Assembly (NCBI RefSeq): GCF_004010195.1
Contig: NC_057756.1
Coordinates: 1,094,265 to 1,158,264, forward strand
Length of the DNA stretch: 64,000 nt
Source of the DNA: Chiloscyllium plagiosum
Lineage: Eukaryota
Direction of reading: 5' to 3'
Position numbers and translations under genes: made by a program. Shown here one piece after another: positions 12,649 to 25,689 of the stretch (its first letter is position 1; every line of letters starts with the position of its first letter). The notes beneath the pieces are model-generated. The model saw only the letters and a list, made by a program, of their open reading frames with translations, did not search any database and had not been told where the DNA came from.

Positions 12649-13200
12649 ATGTGGTCTCCTCTACATCGTGGAGACAGGAAACCTACTCAGAGAGCATTTC
12701 AGGGGGACACACAACAAACAACCTCACTGCCCAATGGCCAACCACTGCAATTCTCCCTCCTACTCAAGGAAGGACATGCAAGTCCTGGGTCACCTCCACG
12801 CCAACGGAAGAATGCCTCATTTTCCACCTTGGGAATCTTTAATGACACAACATCAACACCGACTTCACTAGGTTCCAAAGCTCCCCTATCTGCACCTTGT
12901 CCAAGATCTAACCTTCCAACTCGGCAATGTCCTCTTGACCTGTTCTACCTGTCCATCTTCCTTCCCACCTATATGGTCCACCCTCCCCACTGACCTAGCA
13001 CAATCATCTCCCCCACCAACTGCATCTATCTATTGTCTTCTCAGCTACCTTCCCCAGCCTCACCCCTACCCTTGGATTTATCTCTCAACACCTTTTATCC
13101 TCCTTATTCCGAATGAAGGGTGTATGCCCAAAATGTCAACTCTCCTGCTCCTTGGATACTGCCTGACCTGCTGGGCTTTTGCAGTACTGCACGTTTCCAC
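12647..13200 (+). mobile_element. Penelope-like element 3' fragment
   Basis: QCGLLYI/GETGNLLREHF GIY-YIG-like remnant, C-rich 3' region and a decayed hammerhead (~13109-13140). Confidence 0.7.
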
Positions 13201-13921
13201 TCAGAATTATGCCTGTGGGAGCTTGCAGGCATTGCCTCTGAGTTTAATGTAAATATTGTTGACTGGTCTTAGCTACATCATGGTTAACTGGTTTCTTTTT
13301 TTATCAAATGACTGAAGAAACATCTGCAGCATTTATTGTGTTGCTGGTTAAATTCATTTCTTAATTTCTCACTGATTTCCACATTTTAACTGGATTTCTT
13401 CAAATTATTGTTATTTGACATTTATACTAAATGTAACCTCAATGTTTTGGATGGGTACAGTAGGACTTTTAAATTGTTTAACAATTTCCAGTTTAACATA
13501 TTAAACCACTGGTGAAGTAATCCGTTGGAATGCAAATGCTAGAAGCATAAACTTTTCCACAAGATCTGGTGAACATGTAAGTTTTTTGCTGCTTCATTCT
13601 GCAAACGAACACAATCTAGACTCTGGATACAATAGATAACATCAAAAGAAATTCAATCAAACAACTGCAATGAAAAAATAAATAAGAGTGGGCAGTCAGA
13701 GCAAAAAATACTGGATAGCTTTCCAAAACCTGACAGAAGCACACGTATGTTTATAATTTCCTGCTATGCTGAATTATTTTCTGAAAGCATGGTTAAGTTC
13801 AATGATTAATACTTCACAACTTTAAGCAAGAACAAAATGGAACACATCAACTCTAATAGAGTAAACTGCTGCAATGTTTCAAAGTGCTTTGACTAATCGT
13901 AGTTTTGTTTTACCCTTGCAG

Positions 13922-14823
13922 TCACTGCTGTGCCGATTGTGATCCTGTCTCGAGGAAACTGTGGGCTTTCAAAAGGTATCACTTCATATTTGATAGCCAT
14001 GGCAGTGGGCGATTTACTGTTCGTTTTCTGGGATGTAATATTGTCACGGATCGCGTTTATGTATTTCCCGAAGTCATTCCTGGAAATAACTCCTATATGT
14101 AGGCTTATAACAGTCCTGTCATTAGCTGCCAATGATATTTCCGTGTGGTTCACAGTAGCCTTTACTTTTGATCGATGCATGGCTATATGCAGTCAGAAAC
14201 TGAAGAGGAAATACTGTACTAGCAGAATAGCAGTAATTATTTTAGTAATGATTAGCATTTTGAGCTGTTTAAGATGTTTACCATGGTGGTTTGCTCTCAA
14301 AGCTTATTTTATAATCGACAATATTCCCTGGCACTGCATGCCTAAGTCTAGCTTCTATTCCTCAGCAGCATGGCGAGCATTTGATTACATTCAGCTCATT
14401 TTAACACCTTGCATACCCTGCTTTGTAGTTTCGCTGTTGAATGCTTTTACGGTCAAACACATTTTGCAATCGAGTAGAACACGCAAGGGACTTCTGGGGC
14501 TCAAGCAACGAAACGAACAACAGGATGCCGAGATGGAGAATCGAAAAAAATCCATTACTTTGCTGTTTGGCATCTCGGGCATTTTTTTGCTGTTATGGTT
14601 GCCTGGTGTTATCTTTTTTATTTATCGTCAAATAACAAATGTTTTTATCATTACACAGATTAACAATACTTTAATTACTATTTCCACAACGCGAATGTTT
14701 CAGACTCTGAACTGCTGCACTAATACATGTTTTTACGTTGTTTCACAAAGTAGGTTCAGACAGGAGTTGAAGAAAGCAGCAAAATATCCATTTGCTGTGA
14801 TATTTAATTTCATTAAATCATAG
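13922..14823 (+). CDS. GPR139-like class A GPCR, coding exon 2 (protein 323 aa after splicing)
   Basis: Pyrimidine-rich TTGCAG acceptor at 13921. Intact ORF with rhodopsin-type motifs: IVILSRGNCGLSKGITSYLIAMAVGDLL, SVWFTVAFTFDRCMAIC, DAEMENRKKSITLL, LLWLP, NCCTNTCFY. A paralogue of an expanded family rather than a provable GPR139 orthologue. Confidence 0.92.
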
Positions 14824-15537
14824 AAGAACCCAATGTATTTACAATTACCCAAACTAATTCGATGAATTATAACCTTCAGAACAATTCTCAAGTTGCATTA
14901 TGCCTTTTTTGTATTCAATTATTTCCTTGATTTTGTTTCCAGAATATTTGCTTCCAAACCCCTAGCTTTTTGTCATTTCATCGTTTCATGTATCCTCATC
15001 TCTCCACCTTATCACTTTATCCATTCGTTTGGGTCAACATAAATCACCAACCACACTTCTGAACTAAGAAGTAACTACTTTTTTTTACAACAGCTAATTA
15101 TATTTGCATAGTAGATAAATAACTATAACTGATTGGCTTGACACTATTGGTCAAAACTTGCAGAATCGAACTGTGCACACATATACACACAGTTTAAAAA
15201 GCATTTTGGTCATAGGGCAAAGAGAAAAAGATGAGAAAAATGGTTCAATAGCACCACTTCTCACAATTCGATAGAGTGTCCTTTTGTTTTGAAAGTCCTT
15301 CAGATCAATTGTCTGACCTCCTCTATTGGATTCTCTGGCTTCTTCATTTGAGCAGCACAGTGACTGAATCAAATAATGCAAAGTTTCTCACTTACCAAAT
15401 GAAGACAACAGCATACAACAACTGTTGGGAGAAAACAAATTGGTTTTCTTCATGTTTTAGATAACATAGTGAGGAGAGGCAAGTACACTGCCTTACGTTT
15501 TTTTAAATATTGTAAAGGCTTCTAACAGCATCATTAA

Positions 15538-15712
15538 CCCTCCTCTAGCTTATCTCTCCACGCTTCAGGCTCTCTGCCTTTATTCCTGATGAAGGGCTTT
15601 TGCCCGAAACGTCGATTTTGCCTGTCCTCGGATGCTGCCTGAATTGCTGTGCTCTTCCAGCACCACTGATCCAGAATCTGGTTTCCAGCATCTGCAGTCA
15701 TTGTTTTTACCT
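15538..15712 (+). mobile_element. 175-bp Penelope-like terminal fragment with hammerhead
   Basis: Same family as 5887-6036 and 27717-28012. Ends in CCAGCATCTGCAGTC...TTTTACCT. Confidence 0.85.
15582..15617 (+). ncRNA. Minimal type I hammerhead ribozyme motif, intact core
   Basis: ATTC-CTGATGA-A-GGGC-TTTT-GCCC-GAAACGTC-GATT. Confidence 0.75.
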
Positions 15713-17049
15713 CATAAATCACCAACCACACTTCTGAACTAAGAAGTAACTACTTTTTTTACAACAGCTAATTATATTTGCATAGTCGATAAATAACTAT
15801 AACTGATTGGCTTGACACTATTGGTCAAAACTTGCAGAATCGAACTGTGCACACATATACACACAGTTTAAAAGGCATTTTGGTCATAGGGCAAAGAGAA
15901 AAAGATGAGAAAAATGGTGCAATAGCACCACTTCTCACAATTCGATAGAGTGTCCTTTTGTTTTGAAAGTCCTTCACATCAATTGTCTGACCTCCTCTAT
16001 TGGATTCTCTGGCTTGTTCATTTGAGCAGCACAGTGACTGAATCAAATAATGCAAAGTTTCTCACTTACCAAATGAAGACAACAGCATACAACAACTGTT
16101 GGGAGAAAACAAATTGGTTTTCTTCATGTTTTACATAACATAGTGAGGAGAGGCAAGTACACTGCCTTACGTTTTTTTAAATATTGTAAAGGCTTCTAAC
16201 AGCATCATTAAACAGGTATTCTGCTACTCAGGAGACAATCAGAAATCTATTACAAGGGGTGTTATTGACCTTCGGTATACACAAGTGGTCACAAGATCAT
16301 CAATCAATCACGAACATGTTAGCAACTGAATTTCACTTTTTAACTATAGCCTCAGTCTGCTCCATTCACTGATCGTGTTTCCCCACGCAGTTGAAGTGTA
16401 CAATAAAGTGAAGCAAATCACAAGAACAGCCTGGCATCCTAAGGGAAATTAAGTGTGTACGATGTAAAATAGAAAAGCTCATAAAGTGGAAAAGCGCTAG
16501 GAAAACGTGATGCTCGCGATCAGGAAATGGAAATCTGCTAGGTTTGCGCACAGCTGGAAAAACATTTTTTTTAAATCGAAGAAATCTGTGGAAAATTGCA
16601 ATTCTTTATCTCTGAGGTAAGGGATAGCTGAAAGGCAGCTTCAATAAGACATGTGACACTCGGAAAGGTAACATGATTTCTGCGCATAGTTTTCAACTCA
16701 TAAGTTAAAACACCTGCCATGCCAGTAGATTGACCTTTAGTCGAACAGCAGGACACGGGCTCGGGTGAATCCCAGGACAAATTTCTAAGTTCAGGTTTAG
16801 GGCATGCAACTTCTGAACAAAGAGGACTTTGCCTGCAATTTAGTGATAACGGGTCAGGAAGTCAGGCATTTGGTAATATAATATAATAATGTTTGGTAAA
16901 TATGTTAACATTTTGTAGTTTTCTGAAAGCACAGTTTTGAATAGGTATATCCCGTTTAACCATAGAAAAGATGCATTTTGGTTAAGCTTTTGAAATCTGA
17001 ACAACCAATTTTCAATGCAAAGTTAGTGCTTAAAACACGTTTGAGCATT

Positions 17050-17370
17050 TGGGGAGATATGACGCCCGAGTGACATTATCGATGGTCTGCTAATCCAGAA
17101 ACCCAAGTATTTTCCGAGTACCTGGGTTCAAATCCCACTATCATAGATCATGGGATTAGATTTCAATAAGTATTTGTAATTGAGAGACAGATGGTAACCA
17201 TAAATCCATTTTTGGAAAACCCTTTGTGGTTCACTAATGTCCTAAGGGAACCTTATCTGGTCTCACCTATGTATGTCTCTTGACGCACAGCAACGTAGTT
17301 GATTCTTGGCAATTAGGGATGGGCAATTAATGCTCGTGCAGTCAGCGATGCCCTCATCCCATGAGTCAAT
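17050..17370 (+). mobile_element. Old tRNA-derived SINE (SacSINE1/Deu-like)
   Basis: B-box GGGTTCAAATCCC and 3' GGCAATTAGGGATGGGCAATTAATGCT. A related minus-strand copy lies at ~24345-24675. Confidence 0.5.
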
Positions 17371-17533
17371 TTTTAAAAAGTTTCATTATAGTTAGATTTT
17401 CTGTACAGTATATGGCATGTAACTGTATTTCACATTATAAAATCCAAGATTATTTGTACGTCGTTGGAGACCTTCTGAGCTGCTCCCCTCACGAATGCAA
17501 TGTGAACGCGGACTGCCATGTGTCAACTTTATT

Positions 17534-20374
17534 ATTCAACACTAGTTACTTAGCCTTATCAGCATTACAACTATTAATTACAGCGAATTCGTCTATAAAC
17601 CTTGTTGTTTCATAAAGTGTTTATTTTAATTAGCATTTAGAATCAAAATCAAAAATACAGAAGCATAAATAAACATGTTGTGGTGACATGGCTCCAACCA
17701 TGTAAGAAGAAACGCCATTTCAAAAGTACATTTCTTCTAAGGATATTTGATACACGTAGCACAAATCTCAAAACTTGCATCATTTTTATGCTTCCTCGTT
17801 CCTTAAACAACATTGTACAATTTTAGCATCTGTCAAGTCTTTTACAGGTTCCATCATTTTTCAATCAGGTCAATGCAACTGTACTTAAGTTATAATTTCT
17901 AACAATCCGAATAAGCATAGAAGCTTCGGAAGTGGAAGTGGGATAAGGCCATTGACCCTTCCCACCTGCTCTAACATTCATTATGACCACATTGATGATT
18001 CCAGCCCCTCCCATTCCCTTCCACTCCTCCCAGCCATCTACCAGATTCATTCCTCCCATTGACCAACCAGGTCGCACCCTCTACCTGTCTTCACCTATCC
18101 CCACTTCACTACCCTGACCCTGCAACCCCCTTTATCTGCAAATCTCCTTACACTCATCCCCAGTGTGATATCCAACTCCTTAAAATCCTAACATATTTCA
18201 GCATCGGTTACCATCTGTGTGCGTGAATCTTGCAGTCTCAGCAATCACCGAATGAAGAAGTCTTTTTATTTCTGTCTTAATCGATTTGCTCTGTAGTTTT
18301 AAACTGTGATCGCTCGTTCTGCATTCCCTGGCCATTGGAAACGTACTTCTTGCATCTACTCTCTCTAGTTCTGCTGGAATTCTCTATGTTGAGATCAGAT
18401 AATCCCTCATTCTTCTAATATTTCATGAATATAGATATAAAGTATTTGACGTATCCTCGTACAGTCCCTCCACCCCAGAAAGGAGTCTGTTAAAATTCCA
18501 CTGCATTCCCTCCACACCAAGAATATGTCTCCTCAGATGAAGTGACTACAATAGCACATAACATCCATGTGTAGTCTCATCACAGCAGGCATTTGAATCC
18601 TCTCCCTGTGAACGTCCACAGACGTCCTTACCTACAACCTGCTGCATTCACATCCATCAGCGATTGGTAAACAAAGTCAACCACAGCTTTGCAATAAATT
18701 ATTGAAACAGAACACCCTATTTGAATAGTGTCACGTTGTGAATTTCATATTGTTATGGACCTGGCCAGACCCCGTCAAAACATTTGTACAACACCCAAGC
18801 TTTTCAAGTTGTTTTAAGCAGATGTAAAGTGGATATTCTAGGACCCATTCAGCTGGTCGCAACACTCATTTATTTACAAATTTACAAATGTAACAAACAG
18901 TTATGAATATAACACAAGCAAAGGAAAATATAATTTAGAATAACAACTGTTTGAAAAAATTCAACACTAGTTACTTAGCCTTATCAGCATTACAACTATT
19001 AATTACAGCGAATTCGTCTATAAACCTTGTTGTTTCATAAAGTGTTTATTTTAATTAGCATTTAGAATCAAAATCAAAAATACAGAAGCATAAATAAACA
19101 TGTTGTGGTGACATGGCTCCAACCATGTAAGAAGAAACGCCATTTCAAAAGTACATTTCTTCTAAGGATATTTGATACACGTAGCACAAATCTCAAAACT
19201 TGCATCATTTTTATGCTTCCTCGTTCCTTAAACAACATTGTACAATTTTAGCATCTGTCAAGTCTTTTGCAGGTTCCATCATTTTTCAATCAGGTCAATG
19301 CAACTGTACTTAAGTTATAATTTCTAACAATCCGAATAAGCATAGAAGCTTCGGAAGTGGAAGTGGGATAAGGCCATTGACCCTTCCCACCTGCTCTAAC
19401 ATTCATTATGACCACATTGATGATTCCAGCCCCTCCCATTCCCTTCCACTCCTCCCAGCCATCTACCAGATTCATTCCTCCCATTGACCAACCAGGTCGC
19501 ACCCTCTACCTGTCTTCACCTATCCCCGCTTCACTACCCTGACCCTGCAACCCCCTTTATCTGCAAATCTCCTTACACTCATCCCCAGTGTGATATCCAA
19601 CTCCTTAAAATCCTAACATATTTCAGCATCGGTTACCATCTGTGTGCGTGAATCTTGCAGTCTCAGCAATCACCGAATGAAGAAGTCTTTTTATTTCTGT
19701 CTTAATCGATTTGCTCTGTAGTTTTAAACTGTGATCGCTCGTTCTGCATTCCCTGGCCATTGGAAACGTACTTCTTGCATCTACTCTCTCTAGTTCTGCT
19801 GGAATTCTCTATGTTTAGATCAGATAATCCCTCATTCTTCTAATATTTCATGAATATAGATATAAAGTATTTGACGTATCCTCGTACAGTCCCTCCACCC
19901 CAGAAAGGAGTCTGTTAAAATTCCACTGCATTCCCTCCACACCAAGAATATGTCTCCTCAGATGAAGTGACTACAATAGCACATAACATCCATGTGTAGT
20001 CTCATCACAGCAGGCATTTGAATCCTCTCCCTGTGAACGTCCACAGACGTCCTTACCTAGAACCTGCTGCATTCACATCCATCAGCGATTGGTAAACAAA
20101 GTCAACCACAGCTTTGCAATAAATTATTGAAACAGAACACCCTATTTGAATAGTGTCACGTTGTGAACTTCATATTGTTATGGACCTGGGCAGACCCCGT
20201 CAAAACATTTGTACAACACCCAAGCTTTTCAAGTTGTTTTAAGCAGATGTAAGGTGGATATTCTAGGACCCATTCAGCTGGTCGCAACACTCATTTATTT
20301 ACAAATGTAACAAACAGTTATGAATATAACACAAGCAAAGGAAAATATAATTTAGAATAACAACTGTTTGAAAA
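17534..20374 (+). repeat. Head-to-tail 1.42-kb tandem duplication (17534-18958 / 18959-20374)
   Basis: Offset of 1425 nt (identical ORFs at 17865 and 19290). About 7 substitutions and small indels by eye. The unit contains PLE, CR1 and LTR fragments. Confidence 0.95.
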
Positions 20375-20397
20375 CCCGACCAACACGATCTGGTGGT

Positions 20398-22010
20398 CAT
20401 ATCTTGGGGACAGTCCATAATACAGTTGAGGATTTGTTGGACGTATTAGATTGTATGAAAGTGGATAAATATCCTGGTCCTGGCCAGACATACCCAAGAA
20501 CACTGGAAGAGACCACAAAATAAATTGTGGGGACCCTGGTGATATTTTTGTACCATCGTTAACCATGAGGTACCAGAAGATTAAAGGATAGAGAATGTTG
20601 TGTCGTAATTCATAATGGGCTGCCGAGAAAGACCCGAGAACCTTCGAACAGTAAGCTGAATATCTGTGGTGGGTAGGTTTCTTGAGAAGATTCTGAGAGG
20701 TAAGATATTTTGACAGACAGGGTTTGTTTAGAAGAAGTCTGCATGGCTTTATGAGTGGGAGATCATGTCTCACAAATTTGTTAGAGTTCTTTGATGAAGT
20801 GACCAGGATAGTTGACGAGGGCAGGGTGGCAGATGTAGTCTGTATGGATTTCAGTAAGGCCTTTGATAAGGTTCCACATTGTAGGATGCTCTGGAATGTT
20901 AGATTGTATGGAATCCAGGAGGAACTAGCAAATTGGTTGCACAATTACCTTGATGGTAGGAAGCAGAGAGTAATAGTGGAAGGATCCTTGCTAGACTGAA
21001 GGCCTGTGATGAGTGGAGTGCCTCAGGGGTCAGTGCTGGGCCCATTTTTGCTTGTTATCTATATCAATGATTTGGATGAGAATGTACAAAGCATGATTAG
21101 TAAGTTTGTTGATGGCACTAAAATAGGCAGTGTTGTGGACAGTGAGGAAGATTGTCAGATATTGCAGCAGGACTTTGATCGTCTGGGGAAGTGAGCCAAG
21201 AAATACAAATGGGGTTTGATGTAGATAATTGTGAGGTCTTTTATTTTGGAGAGTCAAATCAAGGTAGGAGTTTCATTGAGAATGGGAGAGCTTTAAGCAG
21301 TGTAGTGGAACAGAAAGGCATTAGAGTTAAGGTGCACGGTTCTCTGAAAGTAGTCATAGATTGATAGGCAGTGAAGGAGGCTTTTGGCACACTTTTCTTC
21401 ATTAATCAGGGCATTGAATATTGACATTTGGAAGTTATATTGTAGTTATACAGGACGTTAGTGAGGCCATACTTGGAGCATTGAGTTCAGTTTTGGTCAT
21501 CTTGCTACCGGATGTCATTAAAATAGAAAGGGTGCAGAAGAAATTTACAAGGATGTTGCCAGGACTCAATGGTCTCAGTTATATGGAGATGTTGGACATT
21601 TTAGGACTGCTTACTTTAGACCGTACTAGACGGTAGGGGGATCTTAAATTTGTATGTAAGATCATGAAATGCAGGGACAGGGTGAATGTACTCAGTCTTT
21701 TTCACAGGGTTGAGAAATCAAGGATGGGGGGCATTAGCTTGATGTTAGAGGTGAAAGAATAAAAGGGAATCTAAAGTGCAGCTTTTTTAACACAGAGGAT
21801 AGTACACATATTGAAAGAGCCATTTGTAGAAGTTATTGAGGCAGGTACATTTTATAAAAAAAACATTTGAAAGGAATTTGGACAATACATGGATCGGAAA
21901 GATTTAGAAAGATATGGGCCAAATGCAGAGAAATTGGGTTAGCATAGATGGACATTTTGGTCAGCATAGACCAGTTTGAGCCTTTGTACTCCAGGACTCT
22001 ATAACTCGAT
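20398..22010 (+). mobile_element. CR1 LINE, 5'-truncated ORF2 RT plus 3' end
   Basis: HGFMSGRSCLTNLLEFF...MDFSKAFDKVPH; SGVPQGSVLGP; KFVDGTK; IERVQKKFTRMLPGL. Confidence 0.9.
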
Positions 22011-22019
22011 GACATGGGG

Positions 22020-22680
22020 AGGTTTGTGGCAATCAACTGGGAACTATTAATCTTATTAAGCATGATGTAGAGATAGGAAATGCTGTTCCAATTAAGCAGC
22101 ATTCTTGTAGACTTAGTCCTCTAAAGTTAGCACAGATTCGAAGAGATTGGAAGTATTCTCAAAGACCAAGCAATCGGAGTGAGTTGGAGTGACTGGAGCT
22201 TACCCACAGTAATGGTGGCAAAACCAGATGGTATCCAATGATAATGTTTGAAGTATCCCAACACCAATACAGTTACAAAGTCAGATTCATATCCTATTCC
22301 GTATTTGGAAGATTGCATTGAGAATGTTGGACAGACAACTTATATTTGTAAATTGGATTTACTCAGAAGATACTGGCAGGAACCTTTAGCCAAAAGATAA
22401 ATGACAATTTGGCCTTTCGTGACACTGAATGGACTATACGAATTTAAAGTCAAATCATTTGGTATGAAAAATGTACGAGCCACATTTCAAAGATTAGCCA
22501 ATAATGTCCTTTCAGGATAGCCCAGCTGTGTTCTGTACATTGACAACCTCGTGACTCTGCTCACTCATGGAAGGAACATTGACAGTTTTGATGAAAATTA
22601 TTTGATGAACATTCGCAGGCTTTGTGAGCAATCTAAGAATGAGTTTGAAAAAAGGAAGTCGTTCTTCTGAGCCATGCCAT
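22020..22680 (+). mobile_element. Gmr1/Gypsy RT fragment
   Basis: KHDVEIGNAVPIKQH, SDSYPIPYLEDCIENVG, FGMKNVRATFQRL and YIDN, homologous to the RT at 180-700. Confidence 0.75.
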
Positions 22681-23849
22681 TGGACAGTTATAGATATCTC
22701 CACAAGATGTGAGAACAAAGATTGGAATTTAGTAATGTTAGATAATGTGGGAACCAGGGAGAGCTAGCCGGTGGATACAAAATTGGCTTGACAGTAGGAG
22801 ACAGAGTGTGGTGGTATAATGTTGATGTTCAGACTGCAAGTCTGTCACCAGCAGTGTGCTGTAAGGATTGGTCCTGGGACCACTGTTTTTCATCATTCAT
22901 ATAAACAAATTGAATGAGAATATAGGATGCATGGTTAGTAAGTTTGCCTTGAATGCCATTATATCTTTTGTTTTTGAACCAAAACAGTATTTTGGGCACT
23001 CTCACCAACATCCAGTATTGGTATGATCAGAATGCTTTCCTTTTTAACTCCCTGATAAAAAAAGGCTGAAATTTTATATGTCTTCTTAATTCTTTGGCAC
23101 AATTTAATCACTCGTTCAGTAAAATGCATTGCCAGATGCACCTGAAATGATATTCACCAGTGAGGAATGATTATATCTCGCATTACTCAAACATAATTTG
23201 CTGCTGAACAATCTCGTGTGGAGTAGGCTTCCGCATATCATGTAAATTAGTCAATAACTACTAAACAATAAGTTTCGTTTTTGTATGTTCCCACACCGTG
23301 GAAGGGGTTCTGTGAATTTGATTCGTAGCTGCTTCTGTGGGATTTTGGTTAGAGTTGGTGCAACATGGGAGCATTTACTGATCTTCTCAAAGTTAGTCCT
23401 GGCCTCTAACAGGCATTGCTGAACTTCTCCAACGCAATACTCTCCCTCCCAATATCATGGTTCAAGTCAACTACAACCACAAAACATCAATTAGCTATTA
23501 CCTTATTTTACCTTTTGCAACAGAAATTTTGTTTTCAACTTTGTTTTTGCTGCTGGCATCTTTGCATATGTTTATCCAATTCATGATGACCAAACTAACT
23601 GATTTCTATTGGATGTTTACAATTGTTTTTAAAATTGTTTTCAATCATTTTGCCCTTTCCATGCTGCTATCATCAAACCTCAATTAATCTGTTGACTGTG
23701 GGTTGCATTGACAGTGGTTTAATTCAGTTGGATGGGCCATAATTTTGAGAAGCACTGTGAAGCTAACAGCATGGGTTTATTTCTTACCCTCCAGCTCATG
23801 AAGGACTTTCCTTAATTTTTCTCCTCTCCTGAGGTATTCATATTCTTCG

Positions 23850-24146
23850 AATTCCTACAGGTCCTTCAGATCAACAAGACCACAGCGACCCTCTAAACAG
23901 TAACCAACCAAGGCCCATTTACTTACCCCATTTACTCTACATTTACCCCCTAACTAATGCACTGAACCTACACACCCCTGAACACGAAGGAAAATTTAGC
24001 TTGGTCAATTCATCTAATCTGCACAGTCGGAGGAAACCGGGGAGAATATGAAAACTCCAAACAGACAGTCACCCGAGGCTGGAATCGAAGCCAGGTCCCT
24101 GGTGCTGTGAGGCAGCAGTGCAAACCATTGAGCCACCGTGCAGCCC
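23850..24146 (-). mobile_element. HE1-type tRNA SINE
   Basis: Minus strand GGGCTGCACGGTGGCTCAATGGTTTGCACTGCTGCCTCACAGCACCAGGGACCTGGCTTCGATTCC. Confidence 0.8.
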
Positions 24147-25689
24147 AAATCATGTACGGTGGCCCTCAGGTTAAATCACCACCAATCAGGACATGTTGGT
24201 CATTGACAATCCCAATGCATTTTTAAAGAATTAGATTAGTGATTTGAAAATGTCAACAAAAAAACAAAAGGCAGCTTAAAAATACTGATACTTGAATATG
24301 AAAACACTGGAGCACTGTTCTGAAGTAAATAAAACAGGCTTTTTAATATTTATTCACAGGAAGCAACTGGCTCTGGCTAGGCCAGCATTTATTGTCCATC
24401 CCTAATTGCATAGTCAGTTAAGAATTATCCACATTGCTTTGGGTCATGTAGGCCAGACCAGGTAAGGACAGCATTTTCTTTCTCTCAAGAACATTAGTGA
24501 ATCAGCTGGGCTATTGACAGTTGGCAACAGATTCATGATTACATTTATACATTTTTTTTTAAACAGAATTTAAATTCCACCATCATCCGCTGCAGGATTT
24601 GAATGCAGGTTTCCCGAATATCATTGGGGCCAATCGATTAATTGTCTAGCAATAATTCTAAAGCCATCACCTCCCTTTTTGTGAGCCCAGCTGTATTATT
24701 TACAAGTTTTCCTGAGATTCCCTAATTTGTGTTTAATTTAAGCTCGACAGAACTTTTAGTTCTATTCATTCCGAGCAATACTGCAGAAGGGACTTCAATG
24801 TTCAGTACACTGAAGCTGAGAAGGAGATCACTATGTTTACAATGATTTAGTCATGAGTTTTGTGCCTCATTGTTTGGGCCTCCATTTATTGTCTATTGCT
24901 AGTTGGCTATGGTGAGCTGCCTTGTTAAACTACTGAAGGCAGTTCATTTTGGGCAGATCCACAAGGTCATTGATGAGGGAGATCCAGCAACACTGAAGGA
25001 AAGATGAGGTATTGCCAAGTCAGGATGGTGAGTGGCCCAGATAGCAAGGTGGTAGCATGCATCTGGCTACCACACTCCCCACCAACCCCTTCTCACCCCA
25101 ACCCCCATCCCAATCTCCTCTCACCCTGACCCTCACCCCATCTCTCCTTCCATATTGCAATGGTTGTGATTGTGATTGCTGTAAACAATACATGCATAGG
25201 CTGTTGACTTGGCTATATAAACTGATGTCAAGTAAGAGTGAACAGGTCAAAATCATACATGAAAAGCAGCCTTGATATCAGAAGGGGAAACCTAGAGAAA
25301 AGCATGTCTGAATGAAAGATGCATATGAAATGACTAAAAGCTTATTAAAAAAAATGACATTATTCAGCATTGATAAATAATTACTCCTCCATATTTCAAT
25401 AGGATAGCTTTCAGCAGCTTTGTTTAAAATGCAATTGGTTGATTACTGGTAGCAGTGAATTATTAGAGTAGTAAATATTAGATATTCCTATTTTTGGTGA
25501 ATTCAACAAGCTGGTTTAGTAAGCACATTGAAAATAATGTAACACATTGTGATTGATCATCTCGTTGAATTCATGCGTTGGCTAACAGAAAGAGTTGTAT
25601 AAAGTAATGTTTAAAGAAGTCAATTATATCATGCCACTCAATTTTACTTCTCCAATTGTAGCCAGGTACTGTAAACATTCCTTTCCCCG

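Larger units (their letters stand above)
15038..16211 (+). repeat. ~500-bp direct duplication (15038-15537 / 15713-16211) flanking a PLE insertion
   Basis: By eye the copies differ at about 6 substitutions and one T indel. The duplicated ORFs at 15151/15825 and 15276/15950 confirm it. Confidence 0.95.

Noticed and set aside
13930..13932. ORF-track start of the GPCR
   Set aside because: Internal GTG; half of TM1 would be missing. An upstream exon at 8621 supplies the N-terminus.
16470..16870. CpG-containing unique stretch, possible enhancer
   Set aside because: Only compositional evidence; cannot be supported from sequence alone.
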